64,000 bases of DNA from the human T2T-CHM13v2.0 reference genome, Homo sapiens (GCF_009914755.1 NC_060928.1); one strand, 5' to 3'; counted from the first letter of the stretch, positions 1 to 15,223 are shown. Numbers and translations: made by a program. The notes: a model not told the origin generated them from the letters alone.

Positions 1-229
1 TCAAATAAAAAAAAAAAAAAAGAGGAAAGAAAGTCAGATTAGCATCAGACGTCCACATAGCAATACAGAATTCAATAGTGGTGCAGTATTTTCAGGTAAC
101 TGAAGGAATAAGAATTTTATATTGAACCAAGCTGCCCAGTAAAAATCAAAGCTGTAGAAGAATCCTGTTAAAGATAGAAGAATCAAGGGAATACTGTACT
201 CTTTGCCTTCTAGAAGAATCTTCTTAAAC

Positions 230-430
230 TTGCACTGTTTAATACAGTAGTCACTCTTCAACATGGCTGTTGAGCATTTGAAATGAAGCTAGTCTAAATT
301 GAGATGTGTTGTACATCTAAAAAACATACAAAATTTCAAAGACTTAGTACAAATTAAAAAATGTAAAATAGTCATTAATAGTTTTAGAAATATTGATTAT
401 ATATTAAATCTTATTTTAAAAATTTTGTGA
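230..430. mobile_element. MER33-like hAT-Charlie DNA transposon fragment
   Basis: TGAGCATTTGAAATG...GCTAGTCTAAATTGAGATGTG...AAAGACTTAGTAC motifs resemble recalled MER33. Confidence 0.6.
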
Positions 431-585
431 AATATTTACAAATGCTTTGTTTCTGCTGAAGCTTTATAGGCCAGCATTTCTTGGATTGTGGGTAGTAGCT
501 GATCAAAGTGCTTATAAGACTTGGGCCAGTCAGTGTGATATGATGGAAAATGCAGGTTAGAAGAAAATAATAAGTAAATTAATAA

Positions 586-629
586 TAATATAATATAATA
601 TAATATAATATAATATAATATAATATAAT
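586..629. repeat. (TAATA)n pentanucleotide microsatellite
   Basis: About eight perfect TAATA units read directly. Confidence 0.95.
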
Positions 630-660
630 TGGGGTATTCAGTATAGGAAGAGAACTTTTT

Positions 661-2328
661 AAAAAAAATTATTTTAAGTTCTGGAATACATGTGCAGGGC
701 ATGCAGGTTTGTTACATAGGTGAATGTGTGCCATGGTAGTTTGCTGCACCTATCAACCCTTCACCTAGGTATTAAGCCCCACATGCATTAGCTGTTTATC
801 CTGATGCTCTCCCTCCCCATAACCCCCTCTACAGACCCCATTGTGTGGTGTTCCCCTTCCTGTGTCCATGTGTTTTCTTTGTTCAGCTCCCACTTATAAG
901 TAAGAACATGCAGTGTTTGGGCTGCTGTTCCTGTGATAGTTTGTTGAGGATAATGGCTTCCAGCTCCATCCATGTCCCTACAAAGGACATGATCTAATTC
1001 CTTTTTATGGCTGCATAGTATTCCATGGTGTATATCTACCACATTTCCAGTCTATCATTGATGGGCATTTGGGTTGGTTCCATGTCTTTGCTATTGTGAA
1101 CAGTGCTGCAGTGAATGTACACGTGCATGTATCTTTATAATAGAATGACTTATATTCCTTTGGGTATATACCCAGTAATGGGATTGCTGGGTCAAATGGT
1201 ATTTCTGGTTCCAGATCTTTGAGGAATCAGCACCCTGTCTTCCACAATGGTTGAACTAATTCACATTCCCACCAACAGTGTAAAAGTGTTCCTATTTCTC
1301 CACAGCCTTGCCAGCATCTGTTGTTCCTTGACTTTTTAGTAATCACCATTCTGACTGGCTTGAGATGGTATCTCATTGTGGTTTTGATTTGCATTTCTCT
1401 AATGATCAGTGATGTTGAGCTTTTTTTTCCTGTTTGTTGGCCGCATAAGTGTCTTCTTTTGAGAAGTATATGTTCATGTCCTTTGCCCACTTTTAAATGG
1501 GGTTGTTTTTTTCTTGTAAATTCGTTTGTAGTTCCTTGTAAATTCTGGATATTAGACCTTTGTCAGATGGATAGATTTTGAAAATGTTTTCCCATTCTGT
1601 AGGTGGTCAGTTCACTCCGATGGTAGTTTCTTTTGCTGCGCAAAAGCTCTTTAGTTTAATTAGATCCCATTTGTCAATTTTTGCTTTTGTTGCAATTGCT
1701 TTTGATGTTTTTGTTATGAAATCTTTCCCCTTGTCTATGTTCTGAATGATGTTGCGTAGATTTTCTTCTAGGGTTTCATAGTTTGGGGTTTTACATTTTT
1801 AAGTCTTTATTCCATCTTGAGTTAATTTTTGTATAGGGTGTAAGGAAGGGGTCCAGGTTCAATTTTTTGCATATAGCTAGCCAGTTTTCCCAGCACGATT
1901 TATTAAATAGGGAATCCTTGTCGAAGAGCAGATGGTTCTAGATGTGTGGTCTTATTTCTGAGATCTCTGTTCTGTCTTATTGGTCTGTGTGTCTGTTTTT
2001 GTACCAGTACCATGCTGTTTTGGTTACTGTAGCCTTGTAGTATAGTTTGAATTTGGGTAGCATGACGCCTCTAGCTTTGTTCTTTTTGCTTAGGATTGTC
2101 TTGGCTATACAGGCTCTTTTTTGATTCCATATGAATTTTAAAGTAGTTTTTTTCTAATTCTGTGAAGAATGTCAAATGGTAGTTTAATGGGAATAGCACT
2201 GAATTTATAAATTACTTTGGGCAGTATGGCCGTTTTCATGCTAATTGATTCTTCCTATCCATGAGCATGCAATGTTTTTCCATTTGTTTATGTCTTCTCT
2301 GATTTCCTTGAGCAGTCATTTGTAGTTT
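661..2328 (-). mobile_element. 5'-truncated older L1PA (about L1PA8-13 type), 3' ORF2 plus 3'UTR
   Basis: Minus-strand ORF fragments match the ORF2p C-terminus ([13 protein letters not shown]...[19 protein letters not shown]). Imperfect TSD GGAAGAGAACTTTTT (646-660) / GGTAGAGAACATTTT (2329-2343). Confidence 0.9.
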
Positions 2329-3136
2329 GGTAGAGAACATTTTTAAAGGAACCTTAGGTTCATTATTCTAGGGTTACATTCTAAGGAGAAGGCTGTATAT
2401 AGGGTCTAAAATATGTCCTATGTGCTTAATCTAAAAGCAGAGATTAAAAGGAGAGAACAGTGTGTATCCAAATATATTCTTACCTAGGAGTTTATAGAAA
2501 AGGGAGCATGGAAAGGCTTGAATCTGGGAGAGTGAGAAAGACCATCTTAAAATCAATCTCTCACAAGCCATGAGATTAGTAACAGAAACAAGATGTATAA
2601 CAGTGATACTGGGTGCTGTTTGCCTTCCGATATGCTCTGAAGCACTGTACTTTATAAAAGGCAAAAAAGGACTCTCATGTTGTGCAGTTGCCAGAAGGAT
2701 ATAAATCTCCATTGGTATTTGTAGTTGGTGATTGAAGCCTTGGCAGAAGATCTGGGTTTGCTAACATTAGCTAATGAATGTTACCATTTTTGCTTCTTAA
2801 GTTTGCTACATTTGAAAAACTTTTTATGTTCCTAACACAGAGAAAATGTGTAAGAGAGAAATGTGATTTGAAATGATGCTGTATGCCAAATACATACTGA
2901 AGAAGATTTGCCAGTCTCAGTATTTATAGTACCAGTACTGATTTACTATAACTAAGGACTACACTTTAAATTATACTTGGGGAAAAAGAGATGAATTTGT
3001 TCTGCTGTGTCTTTCTAACATTATTTTTCATCAGGGTTCCATGTCACTGCACCTATAGCCAGCTGTGGGAGTAGTCTGTGGACATATAATTGATTGAAGT
3101 TAACTGTCTTCTCTAATCGTATAAGCAGTAACCCAA

Positions 3137-3499
3137 TGTGTCCATCCATTTGTGCTGTTATAACAGAATACCACACACCGGCTATATTACAAATAGTAGA
3201 GATTTATATTTCTCCCTGTTATGGAGGCTGAGAAGTCCAAGATCAAGGTGCTGGTAGGTTCAGAGTCCGGTGACATGCCATACCTCATTGATGGTACCTT
3301 TTTGATGGCACCTTGTTACTGCATTCTCACATGACAGAAGGTGGAAGGGAAGGAGAGCGAGAGAGCGAGGCAGCTCTCTGAAGCCTCTTTTATAATGGCA
3401 TTAATCCATTATAAAGTCCTCACCTCATACTACTGTCATATTGGGGATTAAGTTTTAATACATGACTTTTGGGTGGGACACAACATTTAAACCACAGCA
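3137..3499 (-). mobile_element. MaLR solo LTR (MLT1A/MST-like)
   Basis: TG...CA ends; GGAGGCTGAGAAGTCCAAGATCAAGGTGCTGG motif; flanks CCCAA/CCCAC look like a 5-bp TSD with one mismatch. Confidence 0.75.
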
Positions 3500-4059
3500 C
3501 CCACTATGTCCTGAATGTGTTCAAGAATATAAGACATGTAAATTGGCATTTTAATTGATACAATGAATTGGAAATGAATTAATATTAGTATCTGAATAAG
3601 AATTATGTATTCTCAACAGAAAGCTAGTTTGATACAAAGAAAATAGCTTTAAGTAATAAATAGATTAGATAAATGTGTTTTCATTATCTTTACTGTGATT
3701 GTAGATGTTTGAATTTGAAATTAAAGGCAAGGGTAGTATCATGCTACTTTTTACTTCAGTAGTGCTTGAAAGTCCAAGTGGGTTCTATTCGCTCTAGAAA
3801 GCTTTCTTACATCGTCTAAATGCTTTCATTTTTACCTCTTTTCAGATTTTCTGAATACCCACTTGGCATTGTAAAACAGAGAAGATTAAGGTTTCATCAT
3901 TAGGTTTCATCATTAGGTATACATTGGAATCTATAATGAGACATTTTTTGGAAATAATAAAATTTAGTGAATCATTTTTTTCTAATGGAAGCTTCTTTGT
4001 AAAATATATGTCTTCTTATTATAATTAATTTATTTGTACTGTATTTAAAAATTTATTTT

Positions 4060-4970
4060 AACATATGGTACATGTGAGGACTTAATTGTATTTTTTTTTT
4101 AGATAATCAATTTTCCTAATACAATGTGTTGTTTAATCTGTTCCTTATACATATTTCTATCATGGAATAACCATTTAGTTTAATATAATTGCATCAGTGT
4201 CTGAGTTTTTTTCTGTCCCATTAATCTGTTTGTCTAATATTGTGCTGTTACCTTACCATGCTATTTTAATTATGGTAGCTTTATGGAGGAAGTTTCCTAT
4301 TATAAATTTATTTTTGAAAAATTGTTATTGTTTTCATGGGTTTGTTATATCAGAAATTTTGTAAATACTTTGTCATGTTTCTGAAAAATCCTATTGGAAT
4401 TGTAATAAGTCATAAATTAATTTGGGGAGAATTGAAAACTTCTCAATATTTTGTCTGCCAATCTAAGGGCATAGATTGTATCTTCTCTTATTCTAATCTT
4501 CTTTTTATGTCTCAGTAAGATTAGGTAGTTTGGTTCATATGCTTTCCATACATTACTTTTTAAAAATATTCCTTTGTATTTTGCATTTTTGTTGTTGCGT
4601 ATGGATTTTTTCTGTATAACTTCTAAGTGATTATTGTTAGAGATTATTGTGAAAGATGTCTTGATTTTTATATTTTTGTATGTATTCAGCCACCTTCTGT
4701 TCTTCATTAAAATGAATTTTTAGCTAATTCTCTTAGGTTTTGCAATCAGAACATCTACAAAGTGATACTTTTGTTTCCTCTTGCCCTTATAACTAAAGCC
4801 GACTTACTGTATTGGGTTAAGCTTCCAGTGAAATAGTAAATAACAGTGATATGGTTAGCACCATATTTTAGTTTCCGATACTGATGGTATGGCCCTTCTG
4901 ATGTTTCACCATTAAATATAACATCTCTTGATTTTTATGTAAAAGTTCTTTTTCAGTTTAAGAAAATAAT
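4060..4970 (-). mobile_element. Ancient L1M ORF2 remnant
   Basis: Minus-strand ORF 4417-4707 loosely resembles ORF2p (IKYLGI..KDL..ENY..LL). Highly degenerate; boundaries approximate. Confidence 0.55.
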
Positions 4971-4972
4971 AA

Positions 4973-5256
4973 GGCCGGGCACAGTGGCTCATACCTGTAA
5001 TCCCTGCATTTTGGGAGGCTCACGCAGGAGGATTGCTTGAAGTGAGGAGTTTGAGACTAGCCTGGGCAGTAAATAAAGACAGCATCTCTATCAAAGAATA
5101 TATATATGTGTGTATATATGTGTGTGTGTGTGTGTATGTATGTGTATGGGTGTGTGTATATGTGTGCGTGTATATAGGTATATACATATATGTGCATATA
5201 TGTGTATATACATGTATATATACACACACACCCACACACATATATATACACACACA

Positions 5257-5298
<42 letters not shown>

Positions 5299-5450
5299 CA
5301 GGCATGGTGGTGTGTCTCTCTATTCCCAGCTATGTGGAAGGCTGATGCTCAAGCATAGAAGTTTGAGGCTGCAGTGAGCCATGATTGTGCCACTGCACTC
5401 TAGCCTACGTGACAGAACAAGACCCTGTCTCAGAAAGAAAGGAAAATAAA
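4973..5450 (+). mobile_element. AluJ whose central linker is expanded into a ~200-bp TA/TG/CA microsatellite
   Basis: Left arm about 4973-5095, microsatellite about 5098-5294, right arm about 5297-5431. Confidence 0.9.
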
Positions 5451-7667
5451 GAACAATTTCTTTAAAAACAAAAAGATTTTAAACCACAAATTTTTTGCCG
5501 AATTAATGTGTTGAAAGTAGTCTCTACCATTTTATTGCTATAAAGCTTGTTTATAATAAAATTATTTGTTGAGAGCATTAATAATAAGGGAACCTTTTCA
5601 TAAGAAGGAAAATACAACAAAGTTTTATAATCTTTGAATCAAGGTCATGTAGTATACTAGTGAAGTTCAGTATAATTTACATCCTCCTTTGTGTATTCAG
5701 GGACAAATATTTATCTAATGAGAATTAGTATGTAAAGAATGATTGGAATTAATGACATGAATGTGTATATCTTAGAAAAAATGACTATTAAAACATCTGA
5801 CAAACATAGGAGATTTCTTAATCTAGTAATGTATAGTTTCAAAAGTTTTCAAAGCTACATTCAATAAAGCATTGCTTTTACCACCAGAAAATTGTTTACA
5901 CTTACAAGGTCGTATTATATCAGCCTTTAAAGTATATCTGTGTGCCTTTAAATTAATAAGTATTCATTTATTTGTTTATATTATTCAGCCCTGAAAATGT
6001 GAACTTAATTGCTTATGATTTCAGTTACTTTAAAAAATGTAGTTTTACACAGATTCACATATTGAGTGCGTGATGCCAAATGAATTTTGGTGTTTCAAGA
6101 TTTAATAATATATGAATAGAAATTTTTAATAAATTAGAACAAAATTTTTAAAATACTTGGCCTTAAAGACTGTTTTTGTGGCCCTAGAGGAAAAGAGAAA
6201 CACATTTAACCGGAAAAAGAGGTAATTGAAGTAAATTCTTCTCCTTTGGGAAGAATTTTGTATGAATCTTAATTCACACAAATCTGTAATTTATCCATTA
6301 TGTTAAATTGGAAGAGATATTACACCATGGGAATTTGTTTTATACCAAATTTATAAATCTGTTATTTCATTTTTTATTTTTACTCATTTATGTACTGTAA
6401 TTTTCACTTTTTGAATTATGAATATATGTGAATATGCATGACCAAATGTAAAATTGTTGAAATAGGAAGAATAATGGAAATATTAAATACAAAATAGAGA
6501 GTAAAAGATTAGCTCTTGGCTCTAAGTAGTCAAGGTAAGGGAAGGATAGCCAAGAAATGGAAATGATCCCAAATTTAAAAAGAATTTGTAGAAGCACATT
6601 AAAAATATATAGATTCTAGTTGAAGAAATATAGTTGTCAGAAATATATCTTCTTAATTGAATATAAAATACTACGTTGTTTTCTATTTGCTATACAAGAG
6701 TATCTTGAAAATGCCATATTCTTAATTTTGTGTGGTTCATGGTCATTTTATTCTCTCTTAAATCTCTAATAATTGAAGAAATGTGAATATTTCATGTTTT
6801 TAGTAAGGTAGGGTTCAGGTATAATTTTCTAGGGTAATATATGTATATACATATATATATAATGGGTTATATAATTAAGAGTCTTTATTTGAGTTAACTT
6901 TTTAAAAAAGAAGTTCACTTACTAAATGTAGGTCGACTCATTAGAATAGTTGGTGAGTATTCAAACAGAATTGAGCTCATACTGTTGTGCTATGTCATAC
7001 TGCTGTTAAATACTTAGTTTAACGTATAACATAAATGTTAAATACTTCATTTAATCATAGATTGGGAGCATTTTATACAGTTATATCATGCTTTGATGAG
7101 GTAAGATTTAGACTATACACCCCTCCATCTTCAGGTCTCATTCATTCATTTATTCCACACTTAGTATTTATTTAGTATGTGCCAAACATTGTGCTATCTC
7201 ACAATAATGACAGAAGCTTATTTCTTTTGTGGAGTAGAGACTGATAGATAAATGTTAAATTATAATTTATCATAATAAGTGCTATCATAGGGGAATGTTC
7301 AGTGTCTACACTAGATCTTAGCCAGAGGGCTGAGAAGCAATGAGGTATGTTCAGTACCTAGTGGGACTACATATTTACTGACCTTAAAGTAAAAATTGCA
7401 ATGTCAAATCAAAAGGGAATAATCATAAAATAATGAAGGACAAAAGGAAATGATCTGATTCCAGTACTTAATTCAGCTTATTAAAAGTTCAAATCTTTGA
7501 TTTTTGATTGAATTCGTTCTTTAAAAAATTGTTTTAGAAGACACCAGAAGTACTGCATGTAAAGCAGAATGAACTAATTTATATTGTATTATACTCTGAA
7601 TTACTCTGATAATATGCATGCTGATGTTCTTGGATCATGTACCAGTCTTTGAATAACAAGTTCTAGA

Positions 7668-7905
7668 TGTATGCCATCCAGTCTAGTAGCCACCAAGCCA
7701 CATATGGTTATTGAGCACTTGAACGGCAAAGTTGAAATTGAGATAAACTATAATCTCAAAGACTTATTGCTAAAAAAAAAAGATTTAATTTTTATATTGA
7801 TCAAAACTTAATTTTATCTGTTTCTTTTTACCTTTTTAAATATTGCTGCTAGAAAATATAAAGTTATATGTGTGGCTCACTTTATATTTCCCTTGGACAG
7901 CCATG
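7668..7905. mobile_element. MER33-like hAT-Charlie element, internally deleted
   Basis: GTAGCCACCAAGCCACATATGG...TTGAGCACTTGAA and TGTGGCTCAC...TTGGACAGC termini. Confidence 0.65.
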
Positions 7906-7911
7906 GCTCAC

Positions 7912-8098
7912 ACAAATGCTTCTCAAATTTTAGGCTGCATAAAATTATTTGGAAAGATTGTTAAATCGTAAATACTTAGGCCCTATCCCCAGAGACTCTG
8001 ATTCAGTAGTTTTGGGGTGGGGCTCAGGAATTTGCATTTCTAATAATTTTCTAGAGGATGCCAATATGCTAATTTATGGATGGCACTTTAAACCATAA
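7912..8098. mobile_element. MER5A-like hAT-Charlie element
   Basis: CCCCAGAGACTCTGATTCAGTAG...GGGGTGGGGCTCAGGAATTTGCATTTCTAA core. Confidence 0.7.
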
Positions 8099-8612
8099 GG
8101 TTTTAATGTAGACAGTATCTTTTCAGTGGGTTGAAAAGAATGCTGCCTGGGATGAATCAAAAGCAATACCAGTTTTCACACAATTTGTTATCGGGTCTAA
8201 TCTGTAAATAAGATACTGTCATACTGTCTAGAGGAATATAAATGTAAGCATTTTGCTAGGCCTCTGAAGAAAAAATGTGGAATTTTGTCAAAGACTCTTA
8301 AGTATTTTTTAAAATAAGTATGTGTTTGTTGTTTTTACTTCTTGTAAAGAGAAAAGAAAATAACTCTGTAAAATGGGAAAGTAAGACCTAGTTTGTCATT
8401 TCCAAGACAACAGAATTTACTTACATTCTAAACAAAGGAGGGGGAGAACACCGTAGGAAAAATCTTACATACCTATGAAGGTCCCATCGTGTGTGACATT
8501 GGAGAGAGATCTTTTACTTAAAGTATTTGCTTTTTCTTATTTTCTTGTCACAGATACATATGATAAGAAATATATATGTATATTTATGTGTGTGTGCACA
8601 TGTATGTGTGTG

Positions 8613-8900
8613 TTTTGAGACAGGGTTTTGCTTTGTCACCCAGGCTGGAGTGCAGTAGTGGGATCCATGCTCACGGCAGCGTTGAACCCCCGCACTCAAG
8701 CAGTCCTCCCACCTCAGCTTCCTGAATAGCTAGGATTGCAGGCATACTTCACCATGTCCAACTAATTTATTTTTACTTTTTGTATACATGGGGTCTCACT
8801 ATGTTGTCCAGGCTGGTCTCAAACTTCTGGCCTCAAGCAGTCCTTCTGCTTCAGCCTCCCAAACCGTAGGGTTAGCAGGCATGAGCCACTGCAGTTAGCT
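8613..8900 (-). mobile_element. AluJ
   Basis: Antisense Alu with J-type positions; tail decayed into a TA/TG microsatellite at about 8570-8612. Confidence 0.9.
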
Positions 8901-9600
8901 TCATTTTTATGTTCTTAAAAACAATTAGGCAGGGGACAATGAAATTGGAATGAGGAGTAAGATAAGGCAGCAAGAAATCAGAGTGACAGGAGGAAGAAGA
9001 TAGAGGATGGTAAATAATGGAAAGCAGTGAGGAGATAGATGATTTTACTAAAGTTGGGGAACAAGGCTTATGGTTTCTTCTACTATGATACTTGTAGACC
9101 TGTTTAGCTCACTATTCTCAGGGCCAGGGGAAGCATTTTAATAATAGTATCATCTAATTTTGCAATTCATGAACACCTTAGTAACCCAGTCTCCAGCTAA
9201 TAATTCTGTTTCATCCTTACCAAATAGCCCTTATGAAGAGGGAATCTTTCATCATTCTTTATGAGGGGATCTGTTTCATTTTTTCATAGCCCTAAGACTG
9301 GAAGACACTTTTTAATGTTGATCCCTAATCATCTTTCTGTCAGCTGCTGCTCATTGGTCCTATTTCTAGCTCCTAGATAAACATACAATGTGCTTTCTCC
9401 CTAACAAATCCTCTGTATTTGGTGATAACTGTCATATTCCTTATTTCCTGAGCTGGCCCTCATATGATGACAAGGAGACAGTAGATTGTAGGGCAGAGGT
9501 TGATACTATTTTTTTCTAATATTTGTGTGGTACGTTTGTGTTCTTACTTGGAAATCTTTGTTGGGAGGGCTAAGATGATCCTCTTTTCTAGGAGCAGTGG

Positions 9601-10404
<804 letters not shown>

Positions 10405-10524
10405 AGTGGAATATACATTTCTAGGTATCAAGATGGATTGTATTGTACAATAGTTATATGTTGGGATAACTGCTAGTGAGGAATACCTTAGCATTAGAAC
10501 TTTACACACAAGAAGCTACAGTTG

Positions 10525-10817
10525 GGCCTGGTGTGGTAGCTCACAGCTGTAATCCCAGCACTTTGGGAGGCTGAGGCCAGGAGGATCATTTGAGCCCAGG
10601 AGTTCAAGATCAGCCTGGGCAACATAGTGAGACCTCATCGCCACAAAAAAATTTAAAACATTGGCCAGGCATGGTGGCAGGTGCCTGTGGTCCCATCTAC
10701 TTGGGAGGCCGAGGTGAGAGGATCACTTCGGCCCAGGAGGTCGAGGGTGTAGTAAGCCATGATCATGCCACTGCACTCCATCCTGAGCAACAGAGCAAGA
10801 CCGTGTCTCAAGAAAAA
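10525..10817 (+). mobile_element. AluJ
   Basis: Dimeric Alu with GAGGATCATTTGAGCCCAGGAGTTC J-type motif. Confidence 0.9.
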
Positions 10818-11559
10818 GTAAGAATCACGATCATGTCCTACTTTTTAATATTCATTGAAATAAACCTCACAAGGAGGCTCCAAAAGGCAGAGAAATTGGG
10901 TCGTTGTTTTGTTTCTTAAAGAGACATAAGGATTCATAGTCTAGATTTTAGCACACAATGTTCTGTGAGGTGAGTCCATTTTAGATGCTTGTAATTTTCT
11001 TTTCCATGGTTAAGTGTTATACACCTTTTCATTGTACTAAAGGAGCAAGCAGAATGTTTTTATTTGGCTCGTAATAACTTAGTTATGGATTGATCATATT
11101 TTCATTCTGATGTGTGCATGTGGGAGGGATAATATAAAGGCAAGGTAATTTTCTGCAGTGATTTCTGAAAGCTTAAAGAACATTTTTGCATACATTTGCT
11201 TATGAAAAAACTATAATCCAAGACCTGATTAGCTTAATGCAAAGTGAAAAGTTTAGTCTCTGCATGAGCTAGTGACTGGTAATTATATGAAAAACTTCGT
11301 TCTTAACTTCAAAAGAAATCAAGTTTCCTTGGTGAGAGAATCTTATCAAGATTCTTAATGAGAGAATCTTAAAATATAAGACAATCTCTTTGTAAACTCA
11401 ATCCTCTTTTCTCTTAGGAGTAATTATAACTACTGCAACATCAATACATGTAACTTGCTTCATCTTTAGTATTCCCATAGCAGTTTATACATCCCTCCAG
11501 TTGAACTTATGTCAGTGTGTATTCATTGTTTGTATAAGCCTCTTTCATTTATTCTGTTA

Positions 11560-13800
11560 TAACTCTGTAAGAGGAGGGATGCAGTTCTATTCAACTAGCA
11601 TTAATTGTGTACCACTATGCATTAGTTGGTAATCTTGCCCTGGAGAGTTTAGTGGTCTACATAGATAAGTAATATATAAGTTTTAATACAGTATAATATA
11701 TTATATAATGGAGCTGATTACGAAGTGTTGTAGAAACAGAGATATGGATTCAACTCACATTTTTAAGTCTTTCAAAGTGTCACAGAGGGGATGACATTTT
11801 ATCCGGGTCCTGATGGGTAAATAGACATTTTATAGGTATACCGTTGTTTTTTCCTTCTATCTAGCTTTTCTTCAAATCTTGGATAATACCAGTCATCTAC
11901 TTTTTACAGCTTCTCAATACTGGTAGCCTTCAGCTGTTGGTCAGAAAATTACTCAGTGGTAGAGAATGTTGCTTTTAGAAATGTAGTGTCTGTAGTTTCA
12001 GCTGGTAGTGCTTTTACATATTCCTTCCTTGTAGAATGTATTTTTCTTTTTGGCTTAGAATATGCTTTATTGTCCTTAATAACTCCACTCAAATGTTACC
12101 TTATTTGCAAACTTCATGATATTTATACATCTTTGATTGTTTCTCATTATAGCTTGTACATAACCTCCATAGTGGTATCAATCACATTGAATTGTGGTAA
12201 TTTATTAACCTCTCTCTGTCTCTTACTGGACAGTTAGCTCTCTGAGGATATGATTTGTGTCCTCTTTATTTTATATTCCCAAGATAGTAGCGACTCAGTA
12301 AAAATACACTTTCCTTGGATGATCTCATCCACTCCATGTCTTTGACTACCAAATATGCTCTAACAACTTGGAAACAATTACAGTGCTGTGTGTGAGTATT
12401 GAAGTAGGGGTAAGTTTGATAAGCAGAACCAAGGAATGCTGAATTTTGAAAACAAAATGTATTTTAACCAGCTAAAATGTGGGGGCCTGAGGATTATGGG
12501 AAGAACATCCTAAGCAAAGGGAGAGTATATACAAAGTCATAGTGGTGAGTAAAGAATCTAGTCCATTAAGAAACTGAAAAGCTTGGTATGGCTAGCAAAA
12601 AGGGTACATGCAAGGAAGGGTCAAGAGGTGAAAAGTGGAAAGGGCATAAGGGATCATATTATCAAAGGACTTTTATATCATGCTAAACATGATTTTTACT
12701 TGAAAAGCAAGTAAAAATCAGATTGGTGTTTTAAAAAGATCAGTGTGGAGACAGTGTGAAAGGAAAAAAATGTTGGCACACCTAATTACCAAGAAAGGTG
12801 GTGTGTTGACAGTGCTGGAGAATATGGCATATAGAGAGAGTAATAAATGTTTACATTATAGGAATATGGCATACATAGGGAATAATAAATCTTTAGAGTT
12901 CCAGGGCCTAGGAAATGTGAAAGGGAAATGACTAAGGGTGAAAGGATAACTGAACAATGTTGAAGGGTCCAGTTAAGATTATAAATTATGAATTTGTAGT
13001 GATACCAGGTAACATACTTAATAACATAATTTACTGTTTTAAAATCAGGGAACAGGCAAAGTATATGGCTAGATTCATCCAGTGCTAGGATTTAATAGCA
13101 AGGTGAGATAAATAGATAGGGTTTAGGGTACTGCAGTAATACTAGAGTTGTTGAAATCATTGGTCTTTTTTTCTTCCAGTGTAGGTAAGCATGACATGAA
13201 TTATGGAAAGAGGGCTGATAGGGAAAGAAGGAGGAGTTGAAAGAATAGAGTTTTCAATGAGGTTTAAAAAATGTTTAATAAGTATAAAAGACATGGTAGA
13301 AGAGAAGACTGATCAGAAAGTGATTTCCAAATATAAGCTTTCAATCATAGGGTAGTTCTACCTATGATGATAGGCCTTGGGTGTCATATTGTGGTGGATT
13401 GTTAAAGAGCAGTGGAAATTATTAAAGTCAGGGAGTGTGAGGCCAAGTTATTAACCACTGTATGTAGATTCAGAGTTGTTCAGGATGATGGCAGGAGTTG
13501 AAGGGGAGAGGCAAACTGGGAGTAAGCTCCAGTGTACTGGAGGGTTGTTGTGGTACTAATGATGAGAATGGGGGAAATACAATGTTACCAGATGGCAGAG
13601 GCTGAAAAGAGAGAAGCTGTTTTTGAATGAAGGCAGAAGACAAAATGTCTCAGATATTTTTGAGCTAAGAAAATACAACTTTAGCTCCAAGCCTGGGTCT
13701 TGGGGTAGAAAATGAAGAAAAGAGAGTTGAGAAGTTCTGCATGAGAGTACTTCAAGGGAAGTCTCCTGAGAATAATCTAGCTAAAAGTGAAAGATAGGAG
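11560..13800. mobile_element. Scattered ancient L2/MIR remnants
   Basis: Degenerate L2-like phrases such as GGATGATCTCATCCACTCCATG and GATTGGTGTTTTAAAAAGATCA. Boundaries approximate. Confidence 0.4.
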
Positions 13801-14780
13801 CTAGAGTTTTGTGAGTGTCTGAATTTAAGAGATTCAAAGGGTACGGTAAAAAGTGTTCAAAACTAGGTCTGAGGGGGAAATTCCAGTGTAAGGATGCCGC
13901 TATGGGATGGGAAAGTCTTTAATTGGCTGTCGTGCAGTTAATCTTTTCCCAGTTGCTTTGCTCTGTCCATATGGTTTGGGAGATTGTGATCCATTTTGTC
14001 ATTATAATCTTTTCTTTTCCTCTCTGCTTGAGAGGGTGAATTCTGGTTTGACTAATATTATTTCCCTCTTTGTTCCCCTGAATTAGGTACTGTTAAGGGG
14101 CCTCCATCACACTTTTTTACCCTTATCATTTAAATAAGGCCAGCTTGTGATACCATGCATTCCCTCTTATCTTAGAACATCTTGCCTTGGCCTTTCCCCA
14201 TGCCAGATTGTAGGATTTTTATAATTTCAGCATTTGTCGTAGGTATTAGGGAGATCTAAGCAATTACTCTAGTGCCATGATATTTAGTAAATCCAGAATC
14301 AATCTGAAAACCTTTCCGCACTCATGTTAGGCTGCTATGTATTACTGTATCCCCACAGTCTACAAAGAACATTATATGTTTTTAGAACACAAACATCTCC
14401 AAATTCGGGGCTAAGGTCATATTGCCAGTCTGGCTTCTACTGTCATGGGGTAATCACATGTTAAGGTGATAGGGTTGGAGGAGGAGGAAGTATGGGAATG
14501 TAGTGAAGCACGAGAACTAAATGCAGTTTTTGAAGACGAGACTGAACTGATAGATAATTGTGAAATATTGCATGTGGGAAGAGTTTTTGACATCTGAAAG
14601 ATTCTGCAAGCCACACTAAGTGTCTTTATTCCCTAAGCTATCATGGAACCTTAAGTGGCCACAGGAGTCGTGCCTTAGTGTGGGGTATGGAGAGGGAGAT
14701 AGTTTTTTGGTGAGCATCCTAGTGGTGTTAACAGACGCGATGCTCTATGCTGTTACCTCAGCCCTGATATTTGACTATAT

Positions 14781-15103
14781 ATATATATATTTTTTTTTCT
14801 TTTCTTCTCTTTTTTTTTTTTTGAGACAGAATCTTGCTCTGTCGCCCAGGCCGGAGTGCAGTGGTGTGATCTTGGCTTACTGCAACCCTCTGCCTCCTGG
14901 GTTCAACTGATTCTCGTGCCTCAGCTTCCTCAGTAGCTGGAATTACAAGTGCACACCACCACGCCCGGCTAATTTTTGTATTTTTAGTAGAGACGGGGTT
15001 TCACCATGTTGGTCAGGCTGATCTTGAACTCCTGATCTCAAGTGATTTGCCCGCCTTGGCCTCCTAAAGTGTTGGGATTACAGGCGTGAGCCACCGCGTC
15101 CAG
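14781..15103 (-). mobile_element. AluSx-like
   Basis: Full antisense Alu; TSD TGATAT(T/C)TGACTATAT at 14765-14780 and 15104-15119. Confidence 0.92.
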
Positions 15104-15223
15104 TGATATCTGACTATATTCTTGAACACTGAATCTAGCCACTCTGGATAAATATCTTGCTTAGTCTAGCTTAGTCTCTTAATACCTTTCATTTTAACAT
15201 GGGACCTACAAAAGGATAGAGTA

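Noticed and set aside
5020-5377. Overlapping YI/CV/HT-repeat ORFs on both strands
   Set aside because: Translation of a dinucleotide microsatellite inside an Alu.
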